From assembly GCA_029717555.1 (NCBI GenBank), contig JAMDHS010000042.1, forward strand, positions 1 through 64,000: a stretch of 64,000 nt of DNA, in the 5' to 3' direction. Within the stretch, counting starts at the first letter, position 1. Every line of letters begins with the position of its first letter. This DNA is from Peribolospora baueri. Its lineage: Eukaryota. Positions 49,912 through 61,328 of the stretch are shown here, piece after piece. A program made the translations under genes and the position numbers. The notes beneath the pieces are model-generated. The model made no database searches. It worked only from the letters and a program-made list of their open reading frames with translations, and was not told where the DNA came from.

Positions 49912-50422
49912 GCTCCAGTCACCGAGCAGAGAGCATATGTCGCGTAGACGAAGGACATAGCCTGTGTATCCAGGGTGACACGACCCGGAGATCGCATGGT
50001 TGAGCGAGCCACGAACGGCCTTGGAAGGAGAAAAAAAAACGCGCCGGACAGCGACGGAGGAGCACTTACGACCTGGCAATTCGAAGGGCTTCCGTAGAGC
50101 AAGATTATACCACTGATGGCGCCGGCAACGGTAGCGTAGCGCGAGAAGTGCGGATGGAGAGGGGAACGACGAAGAGTCAGCGCAGGACAAGGACGATGGG
50201 TTATGATCTCCAGGGAGTCATGGAGGGCGTGAAGGGAGCCAAGGTGAGCGCATGGCATGGCAGGGTACTCACGAACCAAATTATATACTCCCACAAGAAG
50301 AGAGAGATGGCGACCCACTCCGCGTTGTCGATCTTGATCAGAGATCGCACGGCCGTCTCGAGCTCGGGCCCCAGTACGGCGAGCGGGTCGGGCTCTGCTA
50401 CTCGGGGAGAGAGGATAGGCAT
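49912..50422 (-). pseudogene. 5' part (exons 1-3) of a DUF6533-like multipass membrane protein gene, inverted relative to its 3' part
   Basis: Exon 1 50422-50273 (WVAISLFLWEYIIWF), exon 2 remnant ~50148-50070 (FSRYATVAGAISGIILLYGSPSNCQV), exon 3 from 49961 (AMSFVYATYALCSVTG), with canonical donors. Coding signal stops at ~49912. Confidence 0.72.
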
Positions 50423-51011
50423 GGCGTAGAAAGGCGGTTTGTTCGGAGGCGAGCCCCGCCTGCCCGCCCGCCCGCTCTCCAGCCAGCGACAGCACTGCTT
50501 TACGTGACAATCCTGACCGTTGTGGGCGAGCGGGTGGAAGTGACAAGCGTGGAGCTGAGCGTCTTAACAGCCCACCCGGACGGCTCGCGTTACGGACGGC
50601 GACCCATCTGCAATATTTTCTTTTGACTCGGTAATTGCGCTCTGGTCGCTTGCCTACGCGAGACGAGGAGCCTGGTCAGCGCCACTCGTGCAGTGCAACA
50701 CACGTCTCTGCCTGCTTTGCCGCCGTACGACGGTCTAACACAGCCTTGTGTGCGCCGGCCAGCTAAACCCAAGCCGTGGCTGACGCTCTCGGGGGCTTGC
50801 TCGTTCTGCCGGCCGGCATCGGGCATGAGGGCGCGACGCGAGCAGAGGGTCGCTCTGGTGGCTCAGCGGCTTGGCGCTCGCTCACCATCGTCATGTGCCG
50901 ATCGACTTCAGATTGCGACTCGGAGACTCGGTCCGTCCCGCGGCATGCGGAGGTTGATTGAGATGAGGCGTGGTTGGACGGCGCCGTTGGACGAGGTTAC
51001 GACTAGACAAG

Positions 51012-52369
51012 AGTGCTTGTTCAGCGTACCATCGCCATTTATCACAACAACGGAAGGGTCGGCGTGTTCCTATACACCATATGGGTCACCACCGTCTGCG
51101 CTTGTTGGATTTCATCGCTCACGGGCTGTGAGTCGAGCGAGCGAACGGTATGGCATGCCTGCTGCTACTCTTTTCTTCTTCCGGCAGTCCGATCCACGCC
51201 GCTCGGTTTCACTCTCCTCGGTGCCAGGTGTGTGCACTCTTTCCTCGCTCCATCGTTGCTTCGCCCGTACGACGACGCTCACCCTTCTCTCCGCCCCTCG
51301 CGCACGTCCAGCTGCACGAATCAAACCATCGGCAAATGGCGCGTGATGGGTTGAGTCAGCTCCAAGTGAGTCGTCCGCCCGAGAAGGGCAAGGCAAGGCG
51401 AGCGGGCTGCGTGGCTCACACAAAGCTGCGAACTCGACGCTCATCGACTCACCGATCCGATCTGCGCCCATGCTTCCTTTCAGATTCTTTGACTTTTGCA
51501 TTCTTGTCCTGTGAGTCCTCGTCGCAGATGCTCAGTCGGCAACCCCCCCCGGTGCGCTACTGAACCTTCTTCTTTAACCAACGACGACCACCGTTACCCA
51601 TCTTGGCCTAGAACGGTGGCGCAGTTGAACAAGTTGAAAGTACAAGGCAAGGTGGTCAACGCTCGGAACAACGACATTCAAGGCTTCATTCGCGAGTCGT
51701 CCATCTCTATTTCCTCGCCGTCTTCTCCTCCAACCTTGCGATGATGGTGGTAGATCTGGTCAAGGAGGGAGAATACGTAAGTATCGGCCGAGTCAGCGGG
51801 TTCGGCCGGAATCGCTGACGATGGTCGTCGTCCTCCTTCTTCTTCAGGACCCCGTCATCCCGGTGCCCATCACGTTCTGTCTCCAGCATATCATTTGCGC
51901 TCGGCTGGTTTTTAACCTTCGCCGACTCGGAAGGTCGGGTGTCTCGACGGGAGGGAGCAGCGGCGAGAACGGCGTATCCTTGGGACCCATCGGTACCATA
52001 CGCTCCATCAAGGACGGCGGCCGTCGGACATTGAGCCAGCCGTCCCTCTCTCAGCAAGCCATCGCCACTACCGACGACGATCGGAGTTTCTACGAACGCT
52101 CGAGCCAGGACATTTTCTCCGCCGCTCCTCTCGCTTCGTTCTCCCAAACGCGCGTGGCCGCCGCTGCTGGCGGCGGCAGCGGTCCTGGGAGACACGTCGA
52201 CGGACGCGAACGCGATCGGGACGCGTGGGAGCAAGAACAAGAACACTTGCAAAAGACGGAGACGTTGGCGCACTCCCAACCCTATGTCATCGGTTTTCGT
52301 TCTTCTTCTTCTACTTCGCGAGGCCGACTTTCCCCATCTCAGAAGATCTATAACCCGGACTGCAGTTAA
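51012..52369 (+). pseudogene. 3' part of the same DUF6533-like membrane protein gene
   Basis: Exons ~51012-51127 (VLVQRTIAIYHNN), 51188-51227, 51312-51365, 51484-51510 (FFDFCILVL), 51612-51776 (YFLAVFSSN), 51848-52369 (HIICARLVFNLR). No start codon or N-terminal exons on this strand; in-frame TGA at 51352-51354 and a frameshift at ~51705. Confidence 0.78.
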
Positions 52370-53233
52370 TTATCCTTTGATACCCTGTTCATTTTGCTAT
52401 TCCGTCTGTCCATTCGTCCGGAGAAAGGGTGTGTGTGAGATGACCATGGCGCGATGCGATGATACGATGCGCCTTCGTCGGCGAGTTCGGACCGGTCCGT
52501 CCGCCGAGGGCAGCCCGTGAGACGGCGATGAAAGGCCGGAGGAAGAGAGGAGAAGGGGACATTGTCATAAGAACAGTCATCGTCATGAGTCGGTCGCTCG
52601 CTTCCCATCGCCTCGTGTCATCCTCGTGTCGTCATCGTAGCGGCGATAGGGGATAGGACTGGTATGGGGCGGGTGCAGGCACTATGGGTGGGAGCATGGG
52701 AAGGAGGTGGTGTGTGTACGAGCGCGAGGGGGTGTGGTCGGTACGCCGCCGACGGACGAGGGCCGAACGAATCGGTGCCGTTGGAGGGGCCGCTCGGACG
52801 TTGCGGACGATGAGGAGCGAGGAGGAGGAGGGTGCACACGAAGGATGCGCTTGCGCTGCTACTGCACGCAGAGCGCCACCCTAGAGCTCAACAATACGCA
52901 TCGCGCTTCGCACTTGCACTTGCACTTGCACTCGGGCAGTGGGTGGGAACCATGTCGAGCCAGGTGATCGATCTCTACCTGGGCCTCGTTCGCCGTGGAC
53001 GACGGGGATTTGACAAGCCCGCACGCGCGCAAGCCGCTGTTGCTGCGGCACACGTGGCGCATCTCAATCTTGGGGCGGATGTAGATAGGGTAGAGCCCCG
53101 GCCTACGTGGGCCGACGCTGGCTGGCTGGCGATGGTGGATGGCCGATGTAGACCGACGCTAGCTGGCCCACTGGCCGACCGACGCTTGGTCCTGACAGCT
53201 TCTCACACTTGTCGACGCCGACATGCATAGTCC

Positions 53234-53455
53234 GCGGACTCCGATCGTCGTCATCGCGTAATTCTTTTTACTTTTACTTTGCGCGTCGGCGACGGCGACC
53301 CACACGTGTGGTTTAGTTGGTGCGCGGACCCTGATCGTCGTCATCGCCGTCTGAGCGTAATTTTTTTCCTTTTTTACTTTGCGGCACGTCCACGTCGACG
53401 ACGACGGCGACCCACGCCCACCGGAGACGGCCCGCATTATCTGCGGACCCTGATC
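53234..53455. repeat. Imperfect ~90-bp tandem duplication plus a third partial copy upstream of the P450
   Basis: GCGGACYCYGATC at 53234, 53324 and 53443. The first two continue GTCGTCATCGC...GCGTAATT-T-rich-TACTTTGCG...CGACGGCGACCCAC. Confidence 0.8.
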
Positions 53456-54226
53456 TTTCGACAGCGCGAGAAATTGCGCACACAACCGAGCCATCGCATG
53501 AAGCCTTCCGAGCCAGCGCATGAAGCCATCCGTCGCCGTCCGAGCGCACCTCCGTCCGAGCGCGTCAGTTTTTCGCCGTCCGAGTGCGGCCAGCCAGCCG
53601 GCGACCAATGGTCCGCGACCTCCGGATACTTTTCATCCGATCACGCGCAATCGTAGCGCTATGTTCGGCGCAGGTGCGAACGCAGCCGCCGGCCCGGCGA
53701 GCGGCCATGACGACGGGGCTTCGGTACGTGCACCGGTACCAACATAGCCCGACTGCCCGGGGGTCCGGGCTCGGGCTCGTCGGTGGATCTCTCCCCCCTT
53801 TGTCGGTCCTTTCTGTTCCATGACACGGCCCAGCCCGATGGACCAGTTGCCGGGTTTTTTTTTCCTTCCACCGTCCTCGCCCCGGTGCTTATGACCCTAC
53901 CTTATCGGTGGTTCCTGTCTTAGCCGCCGGCGTGCCTTCATAATAACGACGTATGTAAGGGTGCGCTCGTACCACCCCCTCGTCCCCTCCCTCCACCTTT
54001 GCCACCCCGCCTCCCTTCCCCTCCACACCCGGAGCGCTTCATTCCTGTCCCCTGAGGAGAGCGTTTCCGCTACGTCTCCTTGCATCTAATAAATTCTCCT
54101 CAGTCCTGCCCGGAGAAGCAGAGAGAAGGACACTCCGCCCTCCATTTAACCTCGCCCCGGCCGCGCCGCTTTCCTTCTTCCCCCTCCCCCCTTACCCCGT
54201 CCCTTGTTTCAAAGTTCGAAGCGGTC

Positions 54227-57051
54227 ATGCCGTCCTTCATGCCGGACATCGCGGCGGCGCCGTCGATCGGCTCGCTCCTGGCCTGGACGCCAAGGCTCTC
54301 TTTTCTGCCGCTGCTGGTCGCCCCCGTCTTCGTCCTCGCGTATGTGGTCTACTACCTCGTTTTGCAACCACTACGGAGCCCGTTGCGCGTCCTCCCCGGC
54401 CCGCGACCGCGCAGCCTCGTCTTCGGAAGCCACTTTTGGGCCCTCCGCCGTGGTCCTCACCTCGCCATCCGCGAATGGCGCGCCCAGTACGGCGACACGT
54501 TCAAGCTGCGCGGCACCCTCGGCGCGACCCGCTTGGTGACCCTCGACGCGCGCGCGCTGTACCACGTCGCCGTGGCATCCGCGTACAAGTATCCCAAGCC
54601 CCGGCGCGTGCGGGAGAGCATCGCGGACAAAGTGGGCCGAGGACTTGTATTTCTCGAGGGTGAGTTTCCCTCCGCGACTCGCTTGTGGCCCGTGCGCAAC
54701 GTGGATCGCTCGCGTGGCCGTGCTTGTCGCTCACGTGTTGTGGTGGAGCGGATGAAAAGACGCCGGGCTGTCTCATATCGGCCAGGCTAGGATGGATGCG
54801 ACCGACGTCGGCCGTCCGCCCGCGCGTGGTCCTGCATAAGCCTAACTCTAATGCCCACCTTGGCTCAGTCCTCGCTTCTCGCTTCGGCCACGCTGACGCC
54901 GCCACCGCTTCCACTCCTTCCCTATGTCCCTTTTCTCCTTTTCTCCGCGCCGCACCCACGTGCGCACGCCCTTGCACCACCGATCACCATCATGCAGGCG
55001 ATCAACACAAACAGCGCCGCCGCCTTGTCCAGCCAGCGTTCAAGGGCAGCGAGGTCGAAGCGTTCGGACCGTTGTTCTGCTCAGAAGCTGTAAAGGTGCG
55101 TCGCCGGTCCTAGGCTAGGGCTTAGCAGCTTGCTGACCCGACCTCTTCGCCCATTTGCAGATGACGGCCCAATGGGACCAGCTGATCACAGCCGCCCAAT
55201 GGTCCGGCGTCGGCGCTGGCGAAAAACATGGCGAGGCTGCCAGCGCGACGGTGGACATTTATGATTGCTGCAGCAAGGTTGCCTGTGGGTACATCCGCTC
55301 TCTGCACCCTTTTCACCATGCCTCAGCGGAACGGCGACGTTCGTCATCGGCTGGGGACGTGCTGACAGATTCGCGTTCTTGCCTCCCTTTGCGTTCCTTC
55401 CCGGATAGTCGACGCTATCTCCAAGGCGTCGTTCAGCCACGAATTTGGCCGGCTCAGTTCTGCCGCTGAAAAGGGAGCGCCCGCCCTCGTCGACGGGGAA
55501 GACCTCAGCTCAGTGGCGGAGAGCGTGCGCGCCTACTTTGAGCTCACCTCCACCGGCTTCCTCGCCCAGCTCGAGCTCGCCATCCCGAGTCTGCGCATGC
55601 TCCCTACCGCGCGCCGCCGTCGCCTGCGCGAGCACCGCGACGTGCTGTACAACGCCATTCATTCCCTCCTCCGCGCAAAGCGTGCCGCCATGGAGGGGAA
55701 ATCGCGCGTACGGGACGGCGAGGTGTACGACAAGAGCCTCCTAGGCCTCTTGTGTGAGTCTTCTTTGTCTGCACGATAACGTGAAATCCCCCTAGCTCAC
55801 AACAAACGCAACGCCCCGCGTGGCCTGTAACAGTGAAGGCCAACCTCGGGACGGACGGCGTTACCGACGATGAGCTGGCGGAGGAATGCGCAACCTTTTT
55901 AGTGGCTGGGCATGACACCGTCGGTGAGCTGCGCTTCCCGTAGGCCGCGCTCCGGCCTGCCACGTCTTCTCTGCATGTCGTTTCGCGCAATCGCTCTTTC
56001 GTCACCATCACGCTCACCTCAAACGCCGTCTCCTTCTTTGGGTCCGGACACGCACAGCGACCGCTCTGTCGTGGGCACTCTACCTCCTTGCGGCGCAACC
56101 TGCGGTGCAGGACCGGCTGCGGGCGGAGCTCTACTCGTGTGCAGCCCTGGCCGACATGCACTCGATGGATTCCACCCATCTGGCAGAGGTGCTCTCGGCG
56201 GAAAACCTGCCTTACCTCGACGGAGTCATACGTGAGACGTTGCGGCTATACGCCCCAGTCAGCGTAACCGAGCGCACCTGTACGGCGCCGGGAGGCGACG
56301 TCATACCCTTGGGTCGCCCCATCAAGCTCGCGGATGGGAGCACGGCGGATCGAATCCGCATCTCCGAAGGCGACGGCGTCACCCTCGCCCTCTCCGAGCT
56401 CAACCGCGCCGAGACTCTCTGGGGTCCCGACGCGGACGAGTTCAGGCCCGAGCGATGGCTGGAACCCCTGCCGGAACCCGTGCAGCGCATGCTCGGCTGG
56501 GGTCATCTCTCCTCATTTCTCTTCGGCCCGCGCCAGTGCATCGGCTATAGGTGAGCGCCGCCCCGTCGATCACGCTCGCCGCTCCCTGCTCACCACCCCT
56601 TTCCCGGTCTTCCGCTCCAGGTTTGCCCTCCTAGAGTGAGTTTAATTGATCTGGGTGACTTGCATGCCGGGCTCCGCTCATCATCGTCTCAATTTTACTC
56701 CTCGTTCTGTCCGGTTCCCCTCCTTTCTGAAGAGTTCGCGCCATCCTCGCCACGACGATACGCCAGTACGTGTTCGCACCAGCCGCCGAGACCGATCAGG
56801 TCTCTTGCGCCTTCGACATCGCTCTGCGACCCGTCGTCGATCACGAGGCCCCGGCCGTGCATGACGACGCCGAGGACGCCGACGATGGCGATGACACCTG
56901 TAGCATCCTCGCTGGCGTCGACGCAGTCAATAGGCCGTTCTGTGGCGGCCCCCGAGGGGATGCCGGCGGGGGGGCGACCAAGAGCGTCGCATTGCCTCTT
57001 TCCGTCAGCCGCTTCGACCCTGCCAAGCTGACCTCCAGCATTTCCGCCTAA
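54227..57051 (+). CDS. Cytochrome P450 monooxygenase, 8 exons
   Basis: N-terminal TM followed by LPGP, I-helix FLVAGHDT, K-helix ETLR, PERW, heme motif FLFGPRQCIG. All exons splice in frame. Confidence 0.93.
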
Positions 57052-58255
57052 ACGCAAGCAAGCACCAAGCGGACAAGAGGTCCCGCATTACCTACCACCA
57101 CCATTCCGTCTCTCACGCGACGATGATGATGCCCTCTCCCACGAATTCTAACGTGTCACGTCTTGATCAACGAACGCCAGGTGGCGGAGAGGATTCCCCA
57201 TACCACTCTCCCCATCTATCTCTCTTCACTCCGCCGCCCTCTCTCCAACGACTCTTAACGCGTGTTTACGTCTTCCTCTTCTGGGTGCCACCAATCTGGT
57301 TGCAATCGATCGATCTCGGCTTTGAATCCTCCATCTCTCTCTTCTTCCTCTTCGTTCACCAACTTCGGGGGTATATAGATAGATGCCGCACAGACGCTTC
57401 CGCGCAGGAACGTTTTTTCATAAACGACCGGGTTTTGATCTTCTCCGCGCGTCCACGACTTCCGGCCTTTCCCGAAGGGAAGGAAGGGCAGCGGCGGGCG
57501 ATAGTGCCCTTTATTAGCGTTTGTTCGACGCGGTTCGAAAAGAGAAGAGATGCGAGTGAAACGACGCATGCAATTCGTACGGGACGTACTGCCGACCGAC
57601 CGCGGGGCATGCTCCTCAAGGGCGCTCGCTGACGCTGTCATCGTCCGGCGCCGTCATCGCTTACGTGCTAAAGGTATAAGGCGAGTCAGTCCCGCGTTCC
57701 GCTGGCCCCACGACATCTATCCGTCCGTCGCCGCAACGTCACCTTTCACTAAGCGTGCAGAAAGCCGCGACAATGACGACGACGGCTGTCGACTATGGAA
57801 GTCGGTGTACTTGACATCCTTTGAACGCAGACTTTCCCTCTTGCCGACTCCTCATAAAACGTTCCCGTCGACCTCCATTCAACAAACAGCATGCCTTTCC
57901 GCGCTTCGTCCCTGCGCCATTCTCTTCGGTGAACGTTCGCGCAAGTGCATTCCTTCCTATGCCCCCACCTTGAGTATCGCTCGACGCCGGCTCGAGCCGC
58001 TAACAAGCTCAGGAAATGGTGGGAAAATCCGTTATATATTCAGAATGGAGTCATCCAAAGTCGTCTCGACATGCGCATCGTATCTCGTTAAACACCTCCG
58101 CCAGCAGAGCGACCGGCGGTCCGCCAAGTATTCCAAAAGAAGAAAGAACATTTCCGAGTGGCCTGATTGAGAGGTTGCGCTCAGTCGACCCATGTCGCCA
58201 CGTTTCCCAGTAGAGGCGCAAATCCATCGCCAATACCTTGATCCGGTAAAAGGTA

Positions 58256-60717
58256 TCAGAGCTTGCTGGTCCTTGTCACATTGCTGATGAGGAAACCAGC
58301 CACGAGGTGTCCTTCATATGGACGACAGAACCCCGCGGGTGGAGCGAAAGGGTGTGAAGACGCACCAATTCAGCATGCACATCGAGCCTCATGACGGAAC
58401 ATAGCCATCGCCAAAGAATCACTCACCAACTTCGGCTGGCTTCTCGTATATGATCTACTCGCAGAGATCGTCCGTGAAAAGTGAACGCGGTTTGGGAGCC
58501 CCAGCGGTTGCGACCTCAGCATTCACGCAACAGGGATAGCGAGCGTGCCCGGACATGTTCGCCCGGGCCGTGCACGTTGACGCAGACAAAGAGGAGACAT
58601 TCCCTTCTTCAAAACTCACTGGGTGCGTCGTCTCATCGAGAACGGCGACGTTGCTAGCACGGATGGAGCCCATGAGCTGCTTGAGCCCCTTGAGCTTGCT
58701 GCGAATGGGGAAAGAACGTGCGCCTGGTGAGTACAAGCACAGTGCAGAGTGCTTGTCGAATGCCTTACATGAACATGGGTCGCGGAGGGGTTATCCAAAG
58801 CAGGGGTCCGGGGATGTCACGGAGGCGGTCGTAAAGGTGAACCGGTGATTCTTGGTCGTGATAGGTCAGCTACAGCCCAAAAGCACGACGCGAGATGGTC
58901 AGAAACGTGTGGGCGAGACTTGAGAGAAAGAGAGAGGTGACCCGGACAACGCACAAGTTCCAACGCTGCACGGCCCTTCAGCCGCACACCTTTACCGTCT
59001 GGAAGATCGATGGCTGCGTCTCTCTGTTGGACGAGGTGTGCCAATGTGGAGCGGAGCATGAGGTCGTGGAGCGAGGAAGCGGCCATGGTACCTCGCACTA
59101 ATCCATATCACGTATATGGTTCCGATGCGTCTAGACGATCACCCACCGCGAAGACGTCTTTGACGCGAGGCGCCCAAGCCGAGCTGCGCGAGCTCTTGTC
59201 GAGATACGCGCGCAGTTTGCCCCTAGTTTCGAGGTAAAACAAGCGACGATCAGGGACACGCCTACGCACACTTTTTTGGTTGGGACCCGAGATCGGGCAC
59301 GTGACCTCGCGCATTTAGGCTGGCTACGGCCAATGCGGGGATGCCTGGCGGAGCGTTGCATAAGGGCCTGACCACCAGCGTGCTGCGGTGCTACTATGGA
59401 CGTACCTGTCCTGAAAGTTCTCTTTGAGACCTATGGCCAGCTTTTCGAACGGGATCTTCGTTGCGATCGGCAATACCTCGGCAGGGAAGATAGGAGGGTC
59501 GAGAACAACCAAACCGCTGAGCAGATTCGGGGCGTGTGCGGCCGCCAGCATGCTGGACAAGTGAGATGATGAAACATGCACGCGGGCAAAAACCACGTAA
59601 GCAAAAGGCGTGGTGTCCTGGGAAGGAAAGCAAACGACCCCTAGTTCACAGTCCAAGAGCTCCAAGGCTGTGACCGACGCCATAGACGTTTTGCCTGCGC
59701 TGAGTAATGGCGCCCGTTGCGTTCGGCGAGATCTCTAGGCGGGAAGGTGGTTGATTCCCGGCAGACCTCGGGTAACGGGGCAAATACAGACTGAGGAAGG
59801 AAAGAGCGTCGCGTGCTATATCCTTCTCGTCCGCTGGGGCAAAGTCAGAAGATTGCCCAGGCAGGGAATGAGGAGGGAAAAGCGAAACAACACCGATGTA
59901 CAAAGGCAAATCAGTTCACTAGCCTGGCGCCTACCGGTGCGGATGGGTGCACGGACCGCTGCATGCATCGCACGGACTATGGAACGCCCGGTTGTGGTGC
60001 GAAAGTTTAACTCACCGACAGTGAGCCCAGGGCGGTTTACGAGGGCCGTGTCACCGCAAGCGACCTGGTCCCATGCCCAAATCTCATTTATGCGGACCGG
60101 CCAGCCCGCGCCTGCAAGTCGATCTAAGAGCGACTCTAGCATGGGTTCGAGCATCTGAATTGCGCGCGCACAAGGCACATGCGAGGACAGAAGGGCAGCA
60201 TACGATCAGCGTTGCGCAGCGACGGCGAGGTTGCATGGCGGGCTTTGGCCAACGCGCTCGGACTTGCACTCACCTCCTTGCACGCCCCCATTCCGGGGGC
60301 GCAAACGAGAGTGATGCCGTCGGTGGGGCGACTCCCAGTTGGAACATACCTCTTGGCCACGATCGTCGGGGGAGGGTCGAGCAGCTGTGCCTCCTCGTCT
60401 CCGCTCGTCGGTTCAGCGATCAGACGGAACACGGCCGCGTCACCAGACTTCGGTACGCTTGTCTGCGAATCAAAGTCGTGCGTGCAGGTGCGCGAAAAGT
60501 CAGGCGGCTCGCCATGAGCAGATGGTGGGTGACCGGTGTTGTGCCGCCGCGGGGTTGCGCCAAGGAAGGTGTGCACGCTGCATGTCCAGCGCGGGTTTGG
60601 CACCGTCGGTCGTGAGGTCGCTGGGGGCTCGCGCTGGGAAGCGATAGCCGCAGAGGTAGGAGGGGCGAGCGAGGGAAGGATATTGAGGGGATATACGCGA
60701 GAACTTTGGTAAGCCAT
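58256..60717 (-). CDS. Peroxisomal alpha/beta hydrolase (Abhydrolase_6, Lpx1/MpaH-like), about 10 exons
   Basis: GITLVCAPGMGACKE, EIWAWDQVACGDTA, nucleophile GVGHSLG, LVVLDP, candidate catalytic His in TTHPIIYEKP. The last exon, traced by hand, reads GHLVAGFLISNVTRTSKL*. Confidence 0.82.
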
Positions 60718-60894
60718 GGTGGGGAGTTGTACAGGCGGGGGGGTCAGCAGGGAGGATCGCGGCCAGGATGGGGTGGCTGCTGATAAGGTGATGCCATCCA
60801 TGCTCGAGAGTCCGAGCGTTTCCCAACGTCCGCGCATATACCCGAGTAGCGTCGCACTAAGTTAAGCGCCATGCGTAGGCCAAACCCTGATTCG

Positions 60895-60960
60895 GGTGGA
60901 CGCCGGTCCCGAATCTGCCGGCGGCAAGGTAGACGCCGGTCCCGAATCTGCCTGCGGCAG
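60895..60960. repeat. 33-bp tandem duplication in the divergent intergenic region between the hydrolase and WBP2-like genes
   Basis: GGTRGACGCCGGTCCCGAATCTGCCKGCGGCAR x2, three mismatches. Confidence 0.9.
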
Positions 60961-61328
60961 GGTGCGGGGCCATCGCGACTGCGCTGCGGCTGCGGCTGTG
61001 GCTGCGGCTGTGGGAGGAGTAGCCCAGCTAAGGGTCGCACTAGGTCTTGCCGCAGCGGCGAGGCGACGGGCTGGCTCGACTGCCGCTGCTCACCGCCAAC
61101 CTCCTCAGGCAGTGGTGAACGACGGATTGTTACCGGGTTGGACAGGTGAGTATGCTTGACGAAAAGTCGCGACTATCATAGCTTTGCCTGAGAGGAGACT
61201 CCGTTGTTTTTGGAGAACGGAAGGCGGCGGTCACGGCGTATACAGCAGCTCAGCAACTGACCCCGATCGTGTTTGCATCTCCCCGACCAAATTCTAGCAA
61301 GCGAACATAACTTGAAAAGCGCGACGGA

